Positions 56,266 through 64,000 of a DNA stretch of 64,000 nucleotides are shown here, piece by piece. Made by a program: the position numbers and the translations under genes. The notes under the pieces are model-generated. The model had not been told where the DNA came from. It ran no database searches and saw only the letters and a program-made list of their open reading frames with translations. Source of the stretch: Octopus vulgaris (taxonomy: Eukaryota); assembly GCA_951406725.2 (NCBI GenBank), contig OX597817.1, positions 86,428,001-86,492,000 of the forward strand. Direction: 5' to 3'. Each line of letters begins with the position of its first letter. Position 1 is the first letter of the stretch.

Positions 56266-57899
56266 GTGTTTCTTCCAATAAGATGCGTGAGTTAATTCAA
56301 TCTAGCACAACTTGTTTTTCTAATGATTGTTTCTAAAATAACGGTAGATGTCATGATTGTGTGGTCAATATGTTCGCTTTGCAACTGCGTGGATCAGGGT
56401 TCTATCTTGTAACGCGGCACTTGTTCGACTACCATAATCACGGTATAACCAATACGTTATGTGTTAAATTTAGTAAACAGAAATTGTGGAGGGCGCGTGA
56501 GAGGGTGTGTATGTATGAGAAAGAGAGAGAGGGGGAGGTTGAACAAGACCAATACAACTAACAAAATTACTTTCTTACATGTAGTTGTAAGCGAGTTATT
56601 TCCCTTCACGCTTTCGGCGACTTTACCATTCGTTTCTACGGAAATCGATCAAGGAAGTTGTAGATAAAGTACTGGGAGAGGGGTAGTGTAATCAATTAAA
56701 ACCCTTGATCGCGCTACTCCAGCATGATCTCAGTCCAATGACTAAAATAGCTGAGAGAAAAACTTCATAAATTTTAAATTTTTATATTCGTTTACCAAAA
56801 TGTTGAGTCGTAATCTTAGCAGCATCGATTAAATGGTATTGAGGAATATGAGGAACAAGAGGAGATTTTAATGAGATACGTGTGCAAACAGCACGAAAGC
56901 TGAACAGTAGAGAATGTCATATTTTGACAAGGTTGATAATAACAAATAATAATGTAGGAGGAAGAAAGAAAAGCTGGGTGTATGAAATAGGAGGGAGGCG
57001 GAGACGATGGTGACGATCATCATCAACAGCAGAAGCGTCATTATCCTTTTATTCGTAGCCATGAGCATAGATGGCGATGGTGAATATAACGTGAATGATT
57101 ATTCCCCAGACCAAAATTTATCGCATGCCTCAGGAAGAGAGCGAGCAATATGCTTGATGCATGATTACGCAATTAACCACAGCAAGCAGCAGCAAACATG
57201 TGGAATGACAGACGTTGCAGAGAAGCGATAGTATTATGATGCCCAGCAAGTAAAGGAAGCCAAATCAGATGTCCATATTTCACTTGTGTACAGCTTTCAT
57301 ACAGGGTAAAAGATTACGCATAATGATTCTGATATTGACAGCAAAATTAAAGTAATTAAACAATGGAGCCAGGAATGCCTCACTGAACAGCGACAAGGTT
57401 TAAATTACATACTATGTCCACTTTAAAGATTGGCATTCACGAGTTTATCCTTCTGTCCATGTTAATTTCTTTATTTCCTTCACCTGGGGTCGGTAAAATG
57501 AATACTTTCAATATTTTAGGTTAAATGCAAACCTTACCTGTCGCCCAGTTCAACATTCCACCTGGTCCTTGAGTGCCCTACTCTCTTACAAGCGTTCGGA
57601 TAAACAAGATGTTTAGCTTAAAGATAGTTAACTCTGTACATTGATGTTCTACTTCTTATTGCAGCAACCTATCATTCGTGGTTCCTTTCAAGCTCAAAAT
57701 CACAAGGTCAAACGCGCGGTCTTGCCGTCGTGAGCACAACAGCTACGCCACTAGGCCACACATATTTACTGACCTATCTACAGCGACGGCATAGCGAGCA
57801 TTCTATGCACAAGGTATTGCCAGCAGATAAACCAATAGCACTTGTTTCTTTCACAAGAAAGGAAAGAACATGCACTCTAATCCAATCAAGTGAAAACTG

Positions 57900-58640
57900 G
57901 AGCAAGGAGCCATGTTCAGGCGGTACTGTATACCGAAGGTAGCGAGCACGTTCATTACGTCTGCTCGATATTTGAGAGATAGCTTCCTCGGCGAAACAGG
58001 CTACTATGCTCTTAACCTTCTTGAATATCAGCCTGAGATTTGGACCGAATCAGACCCAAAGCAAATTAACCAGTCCAATGCCCACATGACGCTGGCTAAC
58101 GGTGTGACCATATCCGACCTGGTGTTGATAAAGATTAATCTATTCAAGTTAATCTTTACTTCAGGCTTTCCCTTGACTACGTTTAAAATGGTGCTGCCTA
58201 TTTCAACTTCTATGGTGTCTTCCACCATTACGGTACGACAGTGTCTGCATATGCCGGTACGGTTCTCCAATGTCCCACATCGAATGGAATGTCCCTCAAT
58301 GCTACCAGTTTCGGCGGCAGTAACTTCAGAATCTGAACATTCAGAATGATATGAAAAATGGATACTCGTGACATATCGACGTTCAAATCGAGACGGTTCC
58401 AAAAGATAGTCGATTAACTTGTCGCCATAGAATATGAAAACAATCCAACTCCTGGAACCAAGGTGGAAACCGATTGTTCTGATGATAACCGTCAAATAGC
58501 AATGGTCTTCCAACTGATCTGCATTGACAGGAGTCCTACATGTGTCAAGTTTGTTAGCTGTATCACAAGATGCAGTTTGTTGTGGATAGATCTGTTCTGA
58601 AGCTGTCTACGAGTTGGTCTACTTTAGCATCACCTCGTCA
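57900..58640 (-). pseudogene. Decayed, possibly rearranged RTE-like reverse transcriptase fragments
   Basis: ORF 58028-58513 has GKPEVKINLNRL (GK..A.I..NRL-like) and GFHLG...FIF (GFR.GR...IF-like) remnants; weak match. Confidence 0.35.
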
Positions 58641-59515
58641 TTAATATGATCACTCTATAGTGATCAGTTTAACGGGTTACACCATAACAACTATATTGGT
58701 TTCTTAAAGAAACCCAAGCGTAGTAATTGATTCCATTACAAGAAACAGAGAGTAGATAATGTTCTTTCAGTTAGATTCGAAACTCTTTTATTTTCAGTGA
58801 GGGTGGGTATAGAATACTCTGAAGTAGTAATGTTAATGCCTTTTTCAAAGACATTAGCAGGAATATTTGAAGTGAGATGTCTTCCACTGAGAATTGAAAC
58901 TGGTTTACAATTTCCCCCAGCGAGAGTGTAACTCTTACTCTTTATGGCAACCGAGAGGAGTGAACAATGACCATGTTTCTAAAGTTATTTCACAAAGTAA
59001 TTAACTCACAATTGAATTAATGATGTGTCAGAGTCCTATCATATTCGCTCGCTTGATTTGCAAACAAATTATTTAATTTACCATTAAATAATATAACATG
59101 CACCTGCTAAACATTATTATAAAATCATTTCTATGTAATTCGTACTCGGGAAAAAATTTAAATGAGTCATTTTAAGTAACGGTGTTATAAACCATTCGCA
59201 AGCACAACTTCAAAACGCAACTTCAATACATATATGTCCTGAGCTATAAATTCAGCAATAAACCTAATTATGCTGATTATTGTTTATTTATGTCGTATTT
59301 TTAATGTTTTCAAAAAGAAAAATAAATAAATTTTAAATGACCAAAGACTAACAAACAATAAACAATTAAGCTATTTATTTTTTTATATGTAAAATAAATG
59401 TAAAACATGCAACTTCATTCTTGAAATTTATTGTAGCGTTACAAGAAAGCTTTCTAGCACGTGGACGGATGTTATTTACACATTTGATGTTTTTGTATAT
59501 TGTATATATGTACCA

Positions 59516-59568
<53 letters not shown>

Positions 59569-59790
59569 ATTGTGTTTGTGTTTGTCTCCTACCAGTTCTT
59601 GACAACTGGTGTTCGTTTATGCTTGTGTACTTAGCGGTTCGGCAGAAAGTGTGTAATTGAATAATTGAATAAATTGAATAAGTACCAGATTTTCAAATAA
59701 ATACTGGGATTGATTTGTTCGACTAAACGCTTCAAGGTGGTGCTCCAGCATGACCAAAGTGCAATGAGATCAAACGAGTAAAAAGCTAAA

Positions 59791-59852
<62 letters not shown>

Positions 59853-59856
<4 letters not shown>

Positions 59857-60115
59857 ATACTAAATAATTAGGGTTCAGCAAAGATTTGCTTTAGCACATA
59901 CTTTTGGTTTTTCTGGAAGTTCCTTTTTAAAGTAGAAGAAATAGCTAAAGTTTTTTTGGCTGCTATTTCTAAACTTCGGTATGTGGTAAAGCAGTCTTTG
60001 CTGAACCCTCATTATTTAGTATTACTTAAGTTTACCATGAAATGATCCTTTTTTCATGCCGAATTCTACTTGGTGAAATTATTGATTACTTCTTGATTAA
60101 TTAATTTTACCCTTT
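59853..60115 (+). mobile_element. Short fold-back element related to 43860-44852
   Basis: ~49 bp inverted arms 59853-59901 / 59979-60026; shares CTGCTATTTCTA..TTCGGTATG.GGT.AAGCA and CCGAATTCTAC blocks; flanked by (TA)n. Confidence 0.7.
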
Positions 60116-60117
60116 GT

Positions 60118-60193
<76 letters not shown>

Positions 60194-60223
60194 ACGTATG
60201 TGTATGTATGTGTGTGTATATAT

Positions 60224-60509
60224 ATAGTATTGATAAGATAGGAGATGGAATGTGTAATAGATTTTATTGAGCACAACACGTTTCGACTCGTCGTCCTGCG
60301 TCACTTCGAGTACATCAATAAATAAAGTCTCACTACAGACTTCTTCGATCGGCTTACGCACCGCTGTATGTCCATCATATAGCTGACCCAAGAAATCTCT
60401 AGTGAAACTTTTTTATTGATGTATCCAAAGAGACCCAGAACGACGGATCGAAACATGTATTGTACTCAATAAAATCTATTACGCATTCCATCTATCTTAT
60501 TAATACTAT
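60224..60509. mobile_element. Fold-back with two decayed hammerhead motifs
   Basis: AATAGATTTTATTGAG..CGTTTCGA / TCGAAACATG..CTCAATAAAATCTATT arms; cores CCAAAGA..GAAAC (+) and UCGAAGU-GAC..GUC-GAAAC (-). Confidence 0.65.
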
Positions 60510-60789
60510 TATCCCAACCGCCACTACGAAGTTCCTGCAATAAATCTATAGATAATAACAGGTAACCTAAACTGTTCCGGTGCTTTACTCATCTATTTAT
60601 ACATTTTGTATAATTTTTCCATTATTATTATATATATGTGTGTGTGTATGTGTATGTATGTGTGTACGTATGTATGTATGTACGTACGTATGTATGTATG
60701 TATGTATGTATGTATGTATGTATGTATGTATGTATGTATGTACGTGTCTATGTATGTATGTATGTATGTATGTATGTATGTATGTATGT

Positions 60790-61275
60790 TATGTCAGGTC
60801 ACTTTCGAGTGCTATTGGTAACATGTAACCCAGTACAACCTGTTGCATGTATGTATGTATTGGACACCATGCGGGACGAAAAACAAAACCCGTCAAAGGG
60901 CGGAGGAACTCTTGAGAGTCAACGGCCATCAAATAAATGTCTTAAGGCTGTATCATGCGCGGGGACATAGAAATAATCGGTTAAACCATTGGGAGTGAAG
61001 GACTCCTAGCCTTTGTTAGGGCATCCTTCTAGGAGAAGGTAACTCAGGAAACTGGGATAACTCCGATATAAAACCTGCGGCTCAGTCGTTACCGATGATG
61101 TTGACTTGTTCTTCTTTTCGGATTATGGCTGCTGTTGCTTAGTGAGTGGGATTGACTCGGTGCACAGCCTTTCCTCACTTAAAAAAAAATCTTCTTGCAC
61201 AGACATTGCACGATAACAACATTGATTAAGCTTCGTGCAATGGCCATACTCGATAACGAGGGGGCAGCCACCATG
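60790..61275 (+). mobile_element. Non-autonomous LINE-derived (RTE-like) retroposon with (TATG)n tail
   Basis: RTE-like 5' UTR blocks (CTAGGAGAAGGTAACTC..AAACC); 3' end 61226-61275 recurs inverted at 14677-14725. Confidence 0.5.
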
Positions 61276-61453
61276 TATGTATGTTTGTATGTATGTATGT
61301 ATGTATGTCAAAGGATGGACGAGAGTGGCAAGACTGGTAAAGCTGAACCAGCCAATTCTGAGTATGCTTTTCTAAGTAGGAGGAAAGAAAGCGGAAGATG
61401 GCACTTCCCATACCGAATTACTTCAAGTGGACTACCCGTTATTAGGGATTCTA

Positions 61454-61848
61454 CTCTTTTACTTGTTTCAGTCATTTGACTGCGGCCATGCTGGAGCACC
61501 GCCTTTAGTCGAGGAAATCGACCCCAGGACTTATTCTTTAGAAGCCTAGTACTTATTATATCGTTCTCTTTTGCCGAACCTCTAAGTTACGCGGACATAA
61601 ACACACCAGCATCGGTTGTCAAGCGATGTTAGGAGGACAAACACAGATACATAAACATATACACATACATACATATAAATATATATACATATATACGATG
61701 ATCTTTCAGTTTCCGTCTACCAAATCCACTCACAAGGCTTTGGTCGGCCCGAGGCTATAGTACAAGACACCTGCCCAAGGTGCCACGCAGTGGGACTGAA
61801 CCAGGAACCATGTGGTTGGTAAGCAAGCTACTTACCACACAGCCACTC
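61454..61848 (-). mobile_element. SINE family A copy
   Basis: Reverse complement of 312-710. Confidence 0.88.
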
Positions 61849-62268
61849 AATTATTTATTTTTCTAATTTCTATTTAGATATCCCTTTGTTATATCCTTTG
61901 ATGTTTCCCTTTGACCGAAACTCCACCTGTTTTTGTGTGTTGAATCTAGTCCTTTGAATTTGACATCTATGTCTGGGACCTTGTAACCAATGAAACAAAT
62001 CCATGGTTTTTTTATGGGGTTTTCCATGAGCAACCCTCGAATGTCTCTTCCCTATTGAGGATCACACATCGTTGATTTTTTTTTGATTTTTGTTTGCAAA
62101 ACTCTCACAACACACACTCACACACATACACACACACACTTTCTTTGTTTTGTGCTGTGCTATCAATAATGTTTTTCTTAATGTAAACCTTTGTGGTTAA
62201 TAAAGTCATCATCGTCGTCGTCGTCGTGATCATCACCATCATCATCATCATCGTCATCATCATCATCA

Positions 62269-62337
<69 letters not shown>

Positions 62338-62338
<1 letters not shown>

Positions 62339-62538
62339 GGCGGCGAGCTGACAGAATCATTATCACACTGGACAAAATAATTAGCTTCATTTCGTCCGTC
62401 TTTACACTCTGAGTTCAAATGTCGCCGAGGTCGACTTTGCCTTTCATCCTTTCGGAGTACCAGTGAAACACTGAGGTCGACGTAATTGATTAGTCCTCCC
62501 CAAAAAAATTTCACGGTCTTGTGCTTTCAGTAGAAAGG

Positions 62539-62540
<2 letters not shown>
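62338..62540 (+). mobile_element. SINE family B copy with (TTA)n tail
   Basis: AGGCGGCGAGCTGACAGAATC...GAGTTCAAAT..GAGGTCGACTTTGCC. Confidence 0.85.
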
Positions 62541-62569
<29 letters not shown>

Positions 62570-62570
<1 letters not shown>

Positions 62571-64000
62571 TTTTTTTCTTCTTTCAAATTTGCTTCCATT
62601 TCTTGCCGAGTGTCTTCCCGACTCCTAGGGCAAAGAAACTCATAGTATACATTGGTAGGCCATTAAACCAAACTCAGTAGTTCGTTCATTTTTTTTTTTT
62701 TTAAGTTAAATTAAAATACATGAGCAGCAACAGTTCTCACATCGACAATGCTCTTCTCAATACGTGTGATGTACCAGTTAAGACAATCTTTTGCACTTCT
62801 TGCAGGGATGGTAAGCCAGGGATCATTCTCATATAATTTTCGGTTCCCTTCTTGATCATTCCTAGTGCTCCTACGATCACTGGTATTGTAACCGCCTTGA
62901 GATGCCACATTTTCTCAATTTCAATGAGTAGGTCTTTATATTTTCTGAGCTTGTCAAACTCTTTCGCTGAGATATTATGATCACAGGGGATGCTCATGTC
63001 GATCAATAAGCAAACTTTATTGTTTTGGTCTTTCACAACAATATCTGGTTTATTGGCCTTGATGGTTCGGTCTGTATGTACTGGAAAGTCCCACAGAATG
63101 GTTACATTTTCTCCTTCAGTTACAGCCTCAGGGTGGTGATTATACCACTTGTCGGCAGTTTTGATATTGTAATGCCGACTTATTAGCCAGTGGAGATATT
63201 GGCCAACTCTGTCATGTCTTAATTTATACTCCACTGGTGCTAAGACTTTACATCCAGAGATTAGGTGGTCCACTGTTTCAATCATGTCGTTGCAGAATCG
63301 GCATTTTGGGTCTGCTCCATTTTTCATCACATTGGCCTGGTAGTTCCGGGTTAATAGGCTTTGATCTTGAGCAGCCAGGATGAAACCTTCGCTCTCTGCT
63401 TTTAGCCCTGAGCTCCGTAGCCACTGATGGGTTTGCTTCTGGTCAACATCAGCTTGTTTGCTGCGGGTCACATATTTGCCGTGCAGAGGTTTCTCCTCCC
63501 ACCTATCAGCCAATTGCTCGTGCGCTTTCTTCATTGCCATCATTTTCACCTTCTTTGCAACAATAGTTGCCGTACTTCCCTCGGGTTGTTCAGTTTGGGT
63601 ATCCTGCACGAGATCAATAGCAAATTTTTTGCTTTCCTTTATGATAGAATGAAGCTTCTTTCGGCTCTCGTGATTTTCCACGAGATTTAGCATCCAGTCA
63701 TTCGATATTTCGAGATATTTGGCCAGTCCAATTGTGGTTGTTTTGTAAGCTAGTTCAAATTGGATCAGGCCTCGACCTCCTTGGGCTCTGGGAAGGTAAA
63801 GGCGATCTACGTCTGCCTTTGGGTGGTGCATCCTATTACAACTCAGCAGCTTGCGTATTTTTCTATCTATATTCTTTACTTCACTCATATTCCAGTTCAA
63901 CACATTGTAGCTATAAATAACAACTGGAACTGCTAAGGAATTTATAGCTAACACCTTGTTACGTGCATTTAGTTCAGATTCCAGGACTGCACGAACTCTC
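62570..64000 (-). mobile_element. R4/Dong-clade non-LTR retrotransposon, 3' part
   Basis: Intact ORF plus ~165 bp 3' UTR ending AAGAAAAAAAG directly against (TAA)n. Confidence 0.88.
62737..64000 (-). CDS. Non-LTR polyprotein C-terminus: RT thumb, CCHC knuckle, restriction-like endonuclease; open beyond window end
   Basis: HHPKADVDRLYLPRAQGGRGL, QDQ, CRFC..ETVDHLISGC, RHD, KPDIVV..LIDMS, K..KY.DL, IPVIVGALG; no stops. Confidence 0.93.
   Translation of the reverse strand, partial: RVRAVLESELNARNKVLAINSLAVPVVIYSYNVLNWNMSEVKNIDRKIRKLLSCNRMHHPKADVDRLYLPRAQGGRGLIQFELAYKTTTIGLAKYLEISNDWMLNLVENHESRKKLHSIIKESKKFAIDLVQDTQTEQPEGSTATIVAKKVKMMAMKKAHEQLADRWEEKPLHGKYVTRSKQADVDQKQTHQWLRSSGLKAESEGFILAAQDQSLLTRNYQANVMKNGADPKCRFCNDMIETVDHLISGCKVLAPVEYKLRHDRVGQYLHWLISRHYNIKTADKWYNHHPEAVTEGENVTILWDFPVHTDRTIKANKPDIVVKDQNNKVCLLIDMSIPCDHNISAKEFDKLRKYKDLLIEIEKMWHLKAVTIPVIVGALGMIKKGTENYMRMIPGLPSLQEVQKIVLTGTSHVLRRALSM

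Noticed and set aside
60860-60935. Possible HDV-like ribozyme in an RTE-like 5' region
   Set aside because: Could not build the nested pseudoknot by eye.

Overview
Repeat-saturated, AT-rich metazoan DNA with no convincing host protein-coding exon. The SINE families and microsatellite load resemble an Octopus/cephalopod genome (my recognition, not a search result). Almost all ORFs in the track are microsatellite artefacts. Recognisable content: tRNA-derived SINEs; several Tc1/mariner relics, one full-length with TIRs; head-to-tail arrays of non-autonomous Helitrons carrying a captured mariner fragment; two Penelope-like elements (PLEs) with GIY-YIG remnants and inverted pLTRs, one Naiad-type and near intact; and an intact 3' half of an R4/Dong-type LINE next to (TAA)n. 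The most striking signal is a dense set of about 15 type I hammerhead ribozyme (HHR) motifs, read by eye, in at least 8 unrelated sequence families. Most sit in short ORF-less units with direct terminal repeats (periods about 358, 490 and 643 bp) or fold-back arms, i.e. retrozyme-like or non-autonomous PLE elements. They have palindromic helix III and family-specific core variants (U3-A8 covariation, C4, a ~75-nt helix II insert). Folds and coordinates were determined manually; ribozyme activity and novelty are untested.
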